Assembly: GCA_964456845.1 (NCBI GenBank) | Contig: CAYWCV010000001.1 | Coordinates: forward strand, 116,240 to 180,239 | Direction: 5' to 3' | DNA from: an uncultured Chitinophagales bacterium | Lineage (GTDB): Bacteria > Bacteroidota > Rhodothermia > Balneolales > CAYWCV01 | DNA length: 64,000 nucleotides | Shown: positions 19,772 through 28,923 of the stretch, in pieces | Layout of the letters: each line of letters begins with the position of its first letter | Numbering within the stretch: position 1 is the stretch's first letter | Translations under genes and position numbers: made by a program | The notes under the pieces: model-generated | Told to the model about the DNA's origin: nothing | Database searches by the model: none | What the model saw: the letters and a program-made list of their open reading frames with translations, nothing else

Positions 19772-21085
19772 GTGACGAAACATTCATTTTTCAAATCCCT
19801 GTTGGCAACTAAGTCCGACATGACGAGCACCGATTCTCTTCCGGCCATGATAAGGGCCAAGGAGACGGATCGGCTCTTGTCTCTCGACCAACCGGAGACG
19901 AGCGACGAGGAGTGGAGGTTTACAAACCTCAAACCATTGTACCGAACGGAATTTGCGCAGGCAACGGCCATGGATGTGCAAGAGCTTGTCGATTCTGCCG
20001 AGCTGCCTGAATCGGTCGGTGCCAGGATCGTTTTTGTGAACGGCCAGATCGACGAATCACTCACCGACGTTACGAAGGTAGTTTCGGCTGCCCGTGTTGT
20101 GCGTTTCTCAAACGCCAACACCGCAGATGCTGCATCGATCATCGAGCATCTGAACACCCACATGAGTTTGGACCAAGATGCATTTCTGGCACTGAATGGC
20201 TCGCTTCTCACCGACGGTGTCTGGATTGACCTTCCGAAGAATGCAGTTGTTGAAGCTCCTATCCACGTGCTCTTTCTAAACTCTTCAAGCAATCCCGTCG
20301 CAAATGCGCCGCGCGTTCTTGTAACGGCCGGCACACACGCAAGGGCCACCGTAGTTGAAGAGTCGGTTGGGGTTGAGGGAGCTGTCTATCTCAATGTGCC
20401 AGTACTTGAATTTGACCTGCAGCGTGGCGCACACGTCACTCACGTGAAGGTTCAGCGCGACAGCAAGCAGGCATTTCACATTGGCCGTGTAGGCGCAACC
20501 ATTGCGCGCGACGGACACTATGAATCGTATTCGATCCAATTGGGATCAAGGATCTCTCGTAACGACGTCGTTGCGACCCAGACCGAGGAACAAATGTTTG
20601 CGACGCTCGACGGTCTCGTGCTCATAGGCGGAGATCAACTATCCGACACGCATACAACGATGGATCATGCCAAACCATACGGCGAAAGCCATCAGCTTCA
20701 CAAAGTCTTGGTCGATGGCAACGCCACGTCTGTGTTCAACGGCAAGATCTTCGTCCGCAAGGACGCCCAAAAAGTAAACTCCTTCCAAGAAAACCGAAAC
20801 TTGTTGATGTCGGTCGACGGTACGGTTCACACCAAACCACAGCTCGAGATATTTGCTGACGACGTGAAATGTTCGCACGGGGCGACCATCGGCCAACTCG
20901 TCCCCGACGAGCTGTTTTACCTCAAGAGCCGCGGACTTGACGACCGTGCATCTAGGGAAATCCTTACGCAGGCATTTGCTCTTGAAGTAATCGAGAACAT
21001 TCCTGTCGAATCGTTGCGCAAGCGACTAGGCAAGGTAGTCTCCGAATTTGCCCACCAAAGTGTCATGGAGGCACTGACCGTATGA
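19772..21085 (+). CDS. sufD: Fe-S cluster assembly protein SufD
   Basis: The C-terminal beta-helix motifs LLMSVDGTVHTKPQLEIFADDVKCSHGATIGQL..ELFYLKSRGL are SufD-like. The start is uncertain. I chose the GTG at 19772 just after the sufC stop; 19718 or the ATG at 19820 are also possible. Confidence 0.85.
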   Translation: MTKHSFFKSLLATKSDMTSTDSLPAMIRAKETDRLLSLDQPETSDEEWRFTNLKPLYRTEFAQATAMDVQELVDSAELPESVGARIVFVNGQIDESLTDVTKVVSAARVVRFSNANTADAASIIEHLNTHMSLDQDAFLALNGSLLTDGVWIDLPKNAVVEAPIHVLFLNSSSNPVANAPRVLVTAGTHARATVVEESVGVEGAVYLNVPVLEFDLQRGAHVTHVKVQRDSKQAFHIGRVGATIARDGHYESYSIQLGSRISRNDVVATQTEEQMFATLDGLVLIGGDQLSDTHTTMDHAKPYGESHQLHKVLVDGNATSVFNGKIFVRKDAQKVNSFQENRNLLMSVDGTVHTKPQLEIFADDVKCSHGATIGQLVPDELFYLKSRGLDDRASREILTQAFALEVIENIPVESLRKRLGKVVSEFAHQSVMEALTV

Positions 21086-22326
21086 TAACGACTTCCGAAT
21101 CGGTGAACGTACTCCTCGACAGTGGGAAGATTCGGTCTGACTTCCCGATTTTGTCCAGAAAGGTGAACGGGAAACCGCTCATCTATTTCGACAATGCAGC
21201 CAGTTCACAGATGCCGGAGCAGGTTATCTCATCGATTGCCGACTATTACCGAAACGAGCATGCCAATGTGCACAGGGGCATCCACACGCTCAGCGAGGAT
21301 GCAACGGCCATGTACGAAGACACCAGGGCAAAAATAGCCCGTTTCTTCAATGTGGGTCATCCCGACGAAATCATCTTCACAGGCGGAACGACCGACGGAA
21401 TCAACCTGGTAGCCCAGACGTGGGGCAGGTCGAATCTGCTTAAGGGAGATCACATATTGATATCGGGGATGGAACACCATTCCAATATCGTGCCTTGGCA
21501 GATGTTGTGCAACGAAACCGGTGCCGTCCTGAAGATAATACCAGTGACCGATGCAGGCGAAATCGACCTTCAAGCCTATCACGCGCTATTGTCCGACAAG
21601 GTGAAGCTGGTTTCGGTTGTGCACACTTCGAACGCTTTGGGAACGGTTAACCCTGTCAGGGAAATGATTGCAGCTGCCCATCGCGTGGGTGCAGTCTTTT
21701 TAGTAGACGGTGCCCAGGCTGCAGGCCACGCACATGTTGACCTCAAAGAGATGGATGCAGATTTTTTCGTCTGTTCCGGGCACAAGATGCACGCGGCAAC
21801 CGGTGTGGGCGTATTGTATGCAAAGAAACATATCCTGGATGCCATGCCTCCTTGGAAAGGCGGGGGAGACATGATCAAATCTGTCACCTTCGAGAAGACC
21901 ACCTATAATGATGCCCCTTTCAAATTTGAGGCAGGCACACCTCACATTATGGGAGTCAAAAGTTTGGGTGCGGCCATCGATTACATATCCGGAATTGGTT
22001 TTGATCGTATCGCCGCAACCGAAAAGGTGCTGCTCAGCGCCCTTACAACCGTTTTGGAATCCATCGAAGGCATCCGAATCATCGGTACGGCCACCGACAA
22101 AATTGCCGTGGCCTCATTCGTTTCCGACAAGGCACATCCAAGTGACATCGGAACGTTGCTTGACATGGAAGGCATCGCCATTCGGGTCGGACATCATTGC
22201 ACGCAGCCCTTGATGCAACAATATGGACTTGCAGGCACTGCCCGTGCATCCCTTTCATTTTACAATACGGTTGAGGAAATCGAGCAGTTTGGAACATCGC
22301 TGCGTAAAGTACTCAACATGCTTTGA
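21082..22326 (+). CDS. sufS: cysteine desulfurase SufS (class V aminotransferase, group II)
   Basis: 414 aa. NVHRGIHTLS, SGHKM with the PLP lysine, and RVGHHCTQP with the catalytic Cys. ATGA overlap with sufD. Confidence 0.93.
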   Translation: MITTSESVNVLLDSGKIRSDFPILSRKVNGKPLIYFDNAASSQMPEQVISSIADYYRNEHANVHRGIHTLSEDATAMYEDTRAKIARFFNVGHPDEIIFTGGTTDGINLVAQTWGRSNLLKGDHILISGMEHHSNIVPWQMLCNETGAVLKIIPVTDAGEIDLQAYHALLSDKVKLVSVVHTSNALGTVNPVREMIAAAHRVGAVFLVDGAQAAGHAHVDLKEMDADFFVCSGHKMHAATGVGVLYAKKHILDAMPPWKGGGDMIKSVTFEKTTYNDAPFKFEAGTPHIMGVKSLGAAIDYISGIGFDRIAATEKVLLSALTTVLESIEGIRIIGTATDKIAVASFVSDKAHPSDIGTLLDMEGIAIRVGHHCTQPLMQQYGLAGTARASLSFYNTVEEIEQFGTSLRKVLNML

Positions 22327-22357
22327 TTTACGTTGACCAAACAGGACTACCGACATC

Positions 22358-22912
22358 ATGCCAAAAATTGACGAAATAGAACGCACTCCAAACCCGAACG
22401 CAATGCGATTTGTGCTCAAAGAGCCCATTTCGCCAGGGGTTACACGTTCTTACGACAACGCTGCCGAAGCGACGAATGACCCTTTTGCGACATCCCTGTT
22501 CTCGATCCCCCATGTTATCAGCGTCTACTACGTCGACAAGTATATCACAGTGACCCAGGATGGCAACACAGACTGGTCTGATCTGCTACGAAAGCTTGCC
22601 CCGCCTATCCGCGAGGCTGAAGCAGCCCATGTGGCCGGCTTGGAGCACGACGATGCGCACTTGAGTGCAGAGGCAGCAGGATCTTCCGACCCACGACTTG
22701 CACTGATCAATCAAATGCTCGACGAGCAGGTACGCCCGTATCTTTTGGCCGACGGTGGGGGTCTCAAAGTGCTCGGACTTGAGGACAACCGCCTCCGCGT
22801 TCATTACCAAGGAGCATGTGGTACGTGCCCTACTGCAACCACCGGTACACTCTATGCCATCGAAAGCATGGTGAAACGCATCGATCCAAATATTGAGATA
22901 GAATCCGTATAA
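22358..22912 (+). CDS. Nfu-type Fe-S scaffold/carrier (Nfu_N domain plus NifU C-terminal domain)
   Basis: 184 aa. The N-terminus TPNPNAMRFVL is Nfu_N-like. The C-terminus has RPYLLADGGGLKVLGLEDNRLRVHYQGACGTCP with the CxxC motif. Confidence 0.8.
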   Translation: MPKIDEIERTPNPNAMRFVLKEPISPGVTRSYDNAAEATNDPFATSLFSIPHVISVYYVDKYITVTQDGNTDWSDLLRKLAPPIREAEAAHVAGLEHDDAHLSAEAAGSSDPRLALINQMLDEQVRPYLLADGGGLKVLGLEDNRLRVHYQGACGTCPTATTGTLYAIESMVKRIDPNIEIESV

Positions 22913-22919
22913 TCCTGAC

Positions 22920-23261
22920 ATGGCTGCCATAAAACTCACAGAACGCGCGGTAGAGCGCATCAGATCCATCAGAGCGCAACAAGGCCTCGAGGACGACGTC
23001 GCACTGCGTCTCGGCGTCGTAGGTGGCGGATGCAGCGGCTTGAGTTACGCAATCGATTTTGACACTGATCCGACTAAGTCCTTGAAGAACGATCAGCGCT
23101 TTATTGACCAGGGGGTTTCGGTGGTGATTGACATGCGAAGCTTTTTATATCTGGCAGGAACCGAACTCGACTACACCGACGGGCTTAACGGCAAAGGGTT
23201 TCATTTCAATAACCCTAATGCTTCGAGAACCTGTTCGTGCGGGGAATCATTTGCAGTATGA
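22920..23261 (+). CDS. A-type Fe-S carrier (HesB/IscA/SufA family)
   Basis: 113 aa. GGGCSGLSY and a C-terminal CSCGESF give the three conserved Cys of A-type carriers. Confidence 0.88.
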   Translation: MAAIKLTERAVERIRSIRAQQGLEDDVALRLGVVGGGCSGLSYAIDFDTDPTKSLKNDQRFIDQGVSVVIDMRSFLYLAGTELDYTDGLNGKGFHFNNPNASRTCSCGESFAV

Positions 23262-23773
23262 GCGACACGGGCACCATCGTGAACAAGGTTGCCAAGTCTG
23301 GCTTGGTGACGATCGACCTCGAAAAACTCTTTAGGCCTGCGACACGCATTCTTGGGTTTGACATCAAGCCATTCCTGTTCATGGAACTTCTGTTAAAGGA
23401 AAAAGATTTTCGTGAGGCAGTCGACATACACGATTTCACTCAATATTCGGGGTCTATCGTAGCCGTTCATTGCAGTTCAGATGCCATCGTACCCGAATGG
23501 GCTTGGATGTTGGTAGCCTCCAAAGCAGTCGACATTGCATCGGACGTTCATTTTGGAACCGAAGATACTGTTAGGGAGCGTATCATGCTCGCAGCAGCTG
23601 GCGATCACGACTGGACGCAGTATGAAGGCAAAAAAGTACTCGTGAAAGGGTGCGGTGACCATCCTATACCATCATCACTGTATGTGTATGTCACTCGACG
23701 TTTAATGGCCACGGCCAGCAGGGTGATGTACGGCGAGGCCTGCTCCTTTGTGCCCGTATGGCGCCAATCATAA
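23258..23773 (+). CDS. DUF2480 family protein (uncharacterised, suf-associated)
   Basis: 171 aa starting MSDTGTIVNKVAKSGLVTIDLE. The ATG at 23258 overlaps the carrier stop (ATGA). The family assignment comes from remembered Bacteroidota suf-operon context and is not verified. Confidence 0.6.
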   Translation: MSDTGTIVNKVAKSGLVTIDLEKLFRPATRILGFDIKPFLFMELLLKEKDFREAVDIHDFTQYSGSIVAVHCSSDAIVPEWAWMLVASKAVDIASDVHFGTEDTVRERIMLAAAGDHDWTQYEGKKVLVKGCGDHPIPSSLYVYVTRRLMATASRVMYGEACSFVPVWRQS

Positions 23774-23785
23774 GCCCATACCACA

Positions 23786-24808
23786 GTGGCTACATCCGAC
23801 CGAAAAAAAGCGCATGTTGAACTGACTGCATCTGGCCGGGCCGACTACTTAAAGTCGGCTGGATTTGAGAAATACGATTTTGTGCATTGCGCGCTTCCTG
23901 AGGTCTCGCCATCCGACGTTGACATATCCGCTTCTATACTGCAGCGGTCCTTTGGATCCCCACTTTTTGTGAGCTCCATGACAGGTGGATATGCCGAAGG
24001 AAAGGCCGTCAACGAAATTTTGGCCCGATTTTGCCAGATGCATCAATTACCGATGGGTGTGGGCAGCATGCGTGCCATGATTGAAGATCCCAGTCTGACC
24101 GGCACATTCTCTGTGGTGAGGGATGTGGCACCCGACGCATTCATTGCCGCCAACATCGGTGGTGCGCAGTTAAGAACTGGTGTCACACCAGAGTTTGTGA
24201 AGTTGTTGATAGATCCTATCCAAGCCGATGCGATAATCGTGCACCTCAACGTACTTCAGGAGCTCATGCAGCCGGAGGGGGACAGGCACTTCGACAGCAT
24301 TAAAGACGGAATCAGGCGTTTGGTCGATCTCTCGCCAGTGCCCGTCATCGTCAAAGAGACAGGGGCCGGAATTTCTGGCTCCATCGCCCGTGTTTTATAT
24401 CATGAGTGTGGCGTTCGTGTGATCGATGTGGCGGGATCGGGTGGCGTGAGCTGGGCAAAGGTGGAGAATATGCGTCGGCTGGATTCGGAAGCAGATGAAG
24501 CCCTTTTTGACGACTGGGGGATGCCAACCAGCCACTGCCTCATCGATATTAAGGCGCAGCATCTGCCTGCGCTCGAATGCATTGGGTCAGGTGGTGTTCG
24601 TACTGCACATGATGTGGTAAAATGCCTGTGCATGGGTGCAAACATGGCAGCCATGGCTGGCGAACTTATAAAAATCGTCATCAACGGCGGCGAAGAGGAA
24701 CTTCATCGTTGGTACGAGCAGTTTAAACGCCATCTCCGCTTCACAATGTGCCTGTTGGGCTGTGTTCGTACCGGCGAGCTGGGGATGCATCTACTTCGCC
24801 GCATGTAA
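23786..24808 (+). CDS. fni: type 2 isopentenyl-diphosphate delta-isomerase (FMN-dependent)
   Basis: 340 aa with a GTG start. RK..HV, SSMTGG, VIVKETGAGIS and GSGGVRT are typical IDI-2 motifs. Confidence 0.88.
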   Translation: MATSDRKKAHVELTASGRADYLKSAGFEKYDFVHCALPEVSPSDVDISASILQRSFGSPLFVSSMTGGYAEGKAVNEILARFCQMHQLPMGVGSMRAMIEDPSLTGTFSVVRDVAPDAFIAANIGGAQLRTGVTPEFVKLLIDPIQADAIIVHLNVLQELMQPEGDRHFDSIKDGIRRLVDLSPVPVIVKETGAGISGSIARVLYHECGVRVIDVAGSGGVSWAKVENMRRLDSEADEALFDDWGMPTSHCLIDIKAQHLPALECIGSGGVRTAHDVVKCLCMGANMAAMAGELIKIVINGGEEELHRWYEQFKRHLRFTMCLLGCVRTGELGMHLLRRM

Positions 24809-24842
24809 CCTCAGTATGCAGAATTTTGCGTAAATTGGCGAC

Positions 24843-25841
24843 ATGTCTTTAACTGAGGAATCACTCCTTTCATCATTCAGCTTAATTGAGCCAGCAATCG
24901 AAAGGCTGGTACTACCATCAGAGCCAGCGGGTTTGTATGATCCAATCAGGCACACCATGGTGGATTCAGGCAAGCGACTTCGCCCAAAGTTGGTGATAAT
25001 GGGATCCATGCTGAGTGGAAGTACGGCTACGAAGGCACTTCCGGCAGGAGTGGCAATGGAGCTGCTGCACAATTTCACCCTGATTCACGACGACATCATG
25101 GACAACGCCGACACAAGGCGTGGAAAACCGACTGTTTACCGTAAGTGGGGAGTTCCGTTGGCAATTCTATCGGGTGATCTGACCTTTGGACTTGCCTATG
25201 AACAGTTACAGGCTTATGCACTCGATCCCGACATCAGCAGGAAACAGTTTTCAGATATATTGATCCTATTTCATCAGGCCGTGCGTGAAGTTTGCGAAGG
25301 CCAGGCATATGACATTCAATTTGAGCAATTAGAAGAGGTAGGCATTGACGACTATCTCGATATGATCAAGCAGAAAACAGCGGCGCTACTATCGGCATCA
25401 TTGGCCATTGGGGGCACTGTCGCAGGTGCGGAAGCCGATCAGATCGCACATTTGGAACTGCTGGGAATTGAGGCTGGATTAGCTTTTCAAATCCAGGATG
25501 ATCTCCTCGACGTTGTTGCCGACCCTACGAAGTTTGGCAAAAAAGTAGGTGGCGACATCCGTGAAGGGAAAAAAACCTGGCTGATGATCAAAGCCCTCGA
25601 ACGTTCAGAAAGCAGGGACAAAATGCTGCTCAAAGACGTTTTGCGATCAAAATCTGCCACTGACACACAAATCGCCTCCATCGTTCGTTTATATGATGGT
25701 CTAGGCGTAATTGACGACGCAAAGACCGAAATTCGCAACCGTTACACGAACGCAATGCACCATCTTGGTGTATTTGCCGATACACCGTATTATTCGGAGG
25801 CCAAGCAATTGTTTGACTCCTTAATCCAACGTGATAATTAA
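24843..25841 (+). CDS. polyprenyl diphosphate synthase (GGPP/FPP synthase family)
   Basis: 332 aa with the first and second Asp-rich motifs LIHDDIMDNADTRRG and FQIQDDLLD. Product chain length cannot be determined from the sequence. Confidence 0.88.
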   Translation: MSLTEESLLSSFSLIEPAIERLVLPSEPAGLYDPIRHTMVDSGKRLRPKLVIMGSMLSGSTATKALPAGVAMELLHNFTLIHDDIMDNADTRRGKPTVYRKWGVPLAILSGDLTFGLAYEQLQAYALDPDISRKQFSDILILFHQAVREVCEGQAYDIQFEQLEEVGIDDYLDMIKQKTAALLSASLAIGGTVAGAEADQIAHLELLGIEAGLAFQIQDDLLDVVADPTKFGKKVGGDIREGKKTWLMIKALERSESRDKMLLKDVLRSKSATDTQIASIVRLYDGLGVIDDAKTEIRNRYTNAMHHLGVFADTPYYSEAKQLFDSLIQRDN

Positions 25842-26677
25842 TGTTTACACTCAGAACAACACATTCGGTTCTTCTACTGATGATCATCGCCGTAACAGTT
25901 GGTGCTTGTGCGAACAAGAACGCCATCAAACCCGGCGACACCGTCGATGTGGCGTTCGACAAGGCCAAGGCTCTCTACGACAAGCAGAAATACGGTGATG
26001 CGGCTCGAGCGTTCGAAACCGTACTGTCGTTGGGACGAGGCACTGACCAAGCAAGAGAAGCTCAGTACCTGTTGGCGGACAGTTACTTCAAGAACCGGGA
26101 ATACATCATTTCGGCATCGGAGTATCGCAGGTATGTAACATTTTACCCCAGAAGCGAGCGACGTGAAGAAGCCGAATTTATGGAAGCCTATTCATATTAT
26201 AAGATTAGCCCTCGCTTTAAGCTGGACCAGACCGATACCGAGCGTGCCATAACCTTGTTTCGAGTATTCATCAGCAAATATCCTGATTCCGAGAAATCAA
26301 CCGAAGCTGCCGGCCTTGTTGACGAAATGCGCAACAAACTGGCGAGAAAGAGCTTCACGTCAGCAAACATGTACTTCAATCTGAAGCTTTACAATTCGGC
26401 TGCGATGTATTACCAGGTTACGATCGACAATTTCCCCGAAACGGAGTACGCCGAACAGTCGCTGGCCAAACAGGTTCAGGCATACACGCTTTATGCTGAC
26501 ATGAGTGTACCTGAGCGCCAAGCTGAAAGGTATCAGTTAGCCGTGGACAGTTGGCAACGGTATACCCAGCTTTTCCCGAATGGCAAAAATCGTGGCTCTG
26601 CAGAGTCATTTTACAACACCGCGCGAAACGCACTAGACCGCATTGGCACTCCAGCCGATGTTACAGAGGGTCTGTAG
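25841..26677 (+). CDS. bamD: outer membrane protein assembly factor BamD (YfiO-like TPR lipoprotein)
   Basis: 278 aa. Lipoprotein signal ...IIAVTVGAC and TPR-like repeats (YDKQKYGDAARAFE, ADSYFKNREY, FISKYPDSE). Its start overlaps the previous stop (TAATG). Confidence 0.8.
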   Translation: MFTLRTTHSVLLLMIIAVTVGACANKNAIKPGDTVDVAFDKAKALYDKQKYGDAARAFETVLSLGRGTDQAREAQYLLADSYFKNREYIISASEYRRYVTFYPRSERREEAEFMEAYSYYKISPRFKLDQTDTERAITLFRVFISKYPDSEKSTEAAGLVDEMRNKLARKSFTSANMYFNLKLYNSAAMYYQVTIDNFPETEYAEQSLAKQVQAYTLYADMSVPERQAERYQLAVDSWQRYTQLFPNGKNRGSAESFYNTARNALDRIGTPADVTEGL

Positions 26678-26679
26678 CC

Positions 26680-27267
26680 GTGAATATTGGTCTGTTCGGA
26701 GGGAGTTTCAACCCGCCGCATACAGGCCACCTATGGCTTGCCGATGAGTTTAGAAAAAAAGGACCACTTGATTTGGTTTGGGTTCTTGTATCGCCAGACC
26801 CACCCCATAAAGACGGTGTGAGCATGCTGCCCTACAAGCACCGCTTGGCCATGACCAAGCTCACCTTCGAGAATTCCTTCGGAATCGAGTTACATTTAAT
26901 CGAGGAGACGCTGCCTAAACCTGGGTACACCTACCGTACAGCGGAGGCTTTGAAATCCAGACATCCCGGAACCACGTTTTGGCTTTGTATAGGTGAAGAT
27001 TCGCTGAATGACCTTCCTAAATGGAAAGAGCCTGAAAGGTTATTGAAAAGCGTCAAGCTTCTCGTGGCTCGACGTGGCGACTATTTGCCTGAGGCGACTG
27101 AGCCCGTTGAAAATTGGCTATCAGATGTTCGTTATATCGATATTCAGCCACGACCCATATCGTCGACCCAAATTCGATCGATGGCTGCCACCGGCCATTC
27201 ACTTGAGGGTTTTGTTGTTCCGGCTGTTGAAAAATACATTCAAGAACACCGCTTGTACCGACCTTAA
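26680..27267 (+). CDS. nadD: nicotinate-nucleotide adenylyltransferase
   Basis: The GTG at 26680 gives VNIGLFGGSFNPPHTGHL, the (H/T)xGH motif. A C-terminal ISSTQIR follows. The track ORF from 26551 overlaps bamD and is too long. Confidence 0.88.
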   Translation: MNIGLFGGSFNPPHTGHLWLADEFRKKGPLDLVWVLVSPDPPHKDGVSMLPYKHRLAMTKLTFENSFGIELHLIEETLPKPGYTYRTAEALKSRHPGTTFWLCIGEDSLNDLPKWKEPERLLKSVKLLVARRGDYLPEATEPVENWLSDVRYIDIQPRPISSTQIRSMAATGHSLEGFVVPAVEKYIQEHRLYRP

Positions 27268-27731
27268 ATAGATCTGCGTGATTGGAAAAATTCCTTGAGC
27301 AGTCTCTCTGATTCCTCTTCGAGCACTCCTTGTACGATATCGATACGATGATTGAGATGAGGGGACGATGCAATGTTGAAAAGTGATCCACAGGCACCTG
27401 CCTTAGGATCCATCGCGGCAAAGACGATGCGATCAACCTTGCTCCACATCAATGCTCCTGCGCACATCGGACACGGCTCCAGAGTCACATATACGGTGCA
27501 TCCGGCCAAATATTTGTTGCCGACAGTCCGACAGGCCCTTCTAAGTGCCAACATTTCGGCATGGGCAGTTACGTCAGACAATAATTCGACCTCGTTGAAT
27601 GAAGAGGACACCATTTCACCATCTCTGACGATAACACACCCTACAGGAATCTCACCCTTCTCGGATGCCTGCTGAGCTAGTGCTAAGGCCCTTTTCATCC
27701 ATTTTTGGTGTGAGTTCAAGTCCTTGGCCAA
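27264..27731 (-). CDS. tadA: tRNA adenosine(34) deaminase
   Basis: 155 aa with a TTG start. WMKRAL...VGCVIV, and the zinc motifs HAEMLAL and TLEPCPMCAGAL. Confidence 0.9.
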   Translation of the reverse strand: MAKDLNSHQKWMKRALALAQQASEKGEIPVGCVIVRDGEMVSSSFNEVELLSDVTAHAEMLALRRACRTVGNKYLAGCTVYVTLEPCPMCAGALMWSKVDRIVFAAMDPKAGACGSLFNIASSPHLNHRIDIVQGVLEEESERLLKEFFQSRRSI

Positions 27732-27769
27732 GATGTCCTTCCGTGTCGAGTCATTTTAACTGTAGTCCA

Positions 27770-27800
27770 ATTTTGGTATACTTGGATGATATACCAAAAT
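27770..27800. promoter_or_regulatory. perfect 11-bp inverted repeat ATTTTGGTATA-N9-TATACCAAAAT in the tadA/apt divergent intergenic region
   Basis: All 11 pairs checked base by base (27770-27780 against 27790-27800). It ends 14 nt upstream of the apt ATG (27815). Operator or 5'-UTR hairpin; function is not established. Confidence 0.45.
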
Positions 27801-27814
27801 ACTAACATGAATTC

Positions 27815-28360
27815 ATGATAAAAATTGAGCAGGCCGTCATTGAGTATTTGAAGGAAAATATTCGGACGATTGAGGATTTTCCAATTCCAGGGATACAGTT
27901 CAAAGACATTACAACCTTGCTGAACAATCCCGACGCCATGAAGCTTACCATAGATTTTCTTGTGCGTCCTTACGTGGGCGTCGCTGTCGACAAGGTCGTG
28001 GGTTTGGAATCGCGGGGATTTCTTTTCGGCACGAATATGGCCATTGCACTGAATGCGGGATTTGTGCCTATTCGCAAACCTGGTAAACTTCCATCTTCCT
28101 ATAGGGAGGTCGAGTATGCTTTGGAGTACGGAACAGGTAAGCTTCAAATGCACGATGATGCCATAAAACCAGGCGACCGCGTCATCATACACGACGACCT
28201 CATTGCTACGGGAGGAAGTGCCGGGGCAGCAAGGCAACTCATTGAAAGTCTTGGTGGTGAAGTGATTGCATATTCCTTCATCATTGAACTGCTGTTTCTC
28301 AAGGGTCGCGACAAACTCAAGAACGGCATACCAGTACATTCGTTGATAAAAATCGATTAA
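27815..28360 (+). CDS. apt: adenine phosphoribosyltransferase
   Basis: 181 aa. FPIPGIQFKDIT, GLESRGF, and the PRPP-binding loop VIIHDDLIATGGSA. Confidence 0.93.
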   Translation: MIKIEQAVIEYLKENIRTIEDFPIPGIQFKDITTLLNNPDAMKLTIDFLVRPYVGVAVDKVVGLESRGFLFGTNMAIALNAGFVPIRKPGKLPSSYREVEYALEYGTGKLQMHDDAIKPGDRVIIHDDLIATGGSAGAARQLIESLGGEVIAYSFIIELLFLKGRDKLKNGIPVHSLIKID

Positions 28361-28448
28361 CACGATTTTGTACCTGATTATTGGGAACATCGAAAAAAAA
28401 TCTAAGTATCCGATTGTTATGGAATCAACTCCGAATTAACCTTCTATT

Positions 28449-28922
28449 ATGAAATCGCAATCGTTGAAACGTCGTCACACTTGGAAGTATCTCATGATGT
28501 TCTTCCTCGTTCTGGGTGGCTGTAAATCGACATTCGAGCTGAAGTCGGTCGACTACTCCATGCTGCTCGAAACTGTTTTGGCTCCAGAACAAAATGGAAT
28601 GGTGAGTGACCGTGGCTATGGTCTTAAGTTCAATGTACGACCCATTCAATACCTGGAAACAGGCGACAGCACTCAGGTGAATACTGAGTACCGTGTAATC
28701 AGAGACGTGAACGGATATTATTACATCACTTCGCCAGGCTTCAAGAATGTCTATATCATGAAGCCGACCGAAAACGCGATGAAGCTACATAAGCAAGTGC
28801 TTGTCGCTACGGAGGGTTTGGAACGACCTGCATTTAATCAAAGGAACCCGATGATTCAGCTCATTTATGGTGGATCGCGGTCGATAATGCTACATCAAGA
28901 CGGTGTCGTGGGAGGGCAGTAA
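28449..28922 (+). CDS. hypothetical lipoprotein
   Basis: 157 aa with a basic N-terminus and the lipobox FFLVLGGC. I recognise no family. Confidence 0.6.
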   Translation: MKSQSLKRRHTWKYLMMFFLVLGGCKSTFELKSVDYSMLLETVLAPEQNGMVSDRGYGLKFNVRPIQYLETGDSTQVNTEYRVIRDVNGYYYITSPGFKNVYIMKPTENAMKLHKQVLVATEGLERPAFNQRNPMIQLIYGGSRSIMLHQDGVVGGQ

Positions 28923-28923
28923 T

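Noticed and set aside
19615-20349. 244-aa ORF antisense to the sufC/sufD junction
   Set aside because: It overlaps two well-supported suf genes. It is Ser/Ala/Arg-rich with no motif, so it is most likely spurious.
27716-28390. 224-aa ORF antisense to apt
   Set aside because: apt on the plus strand has all PRTase motifs. The antisense ORF has no family resemblance and would remove the tadA/apt promoter region.
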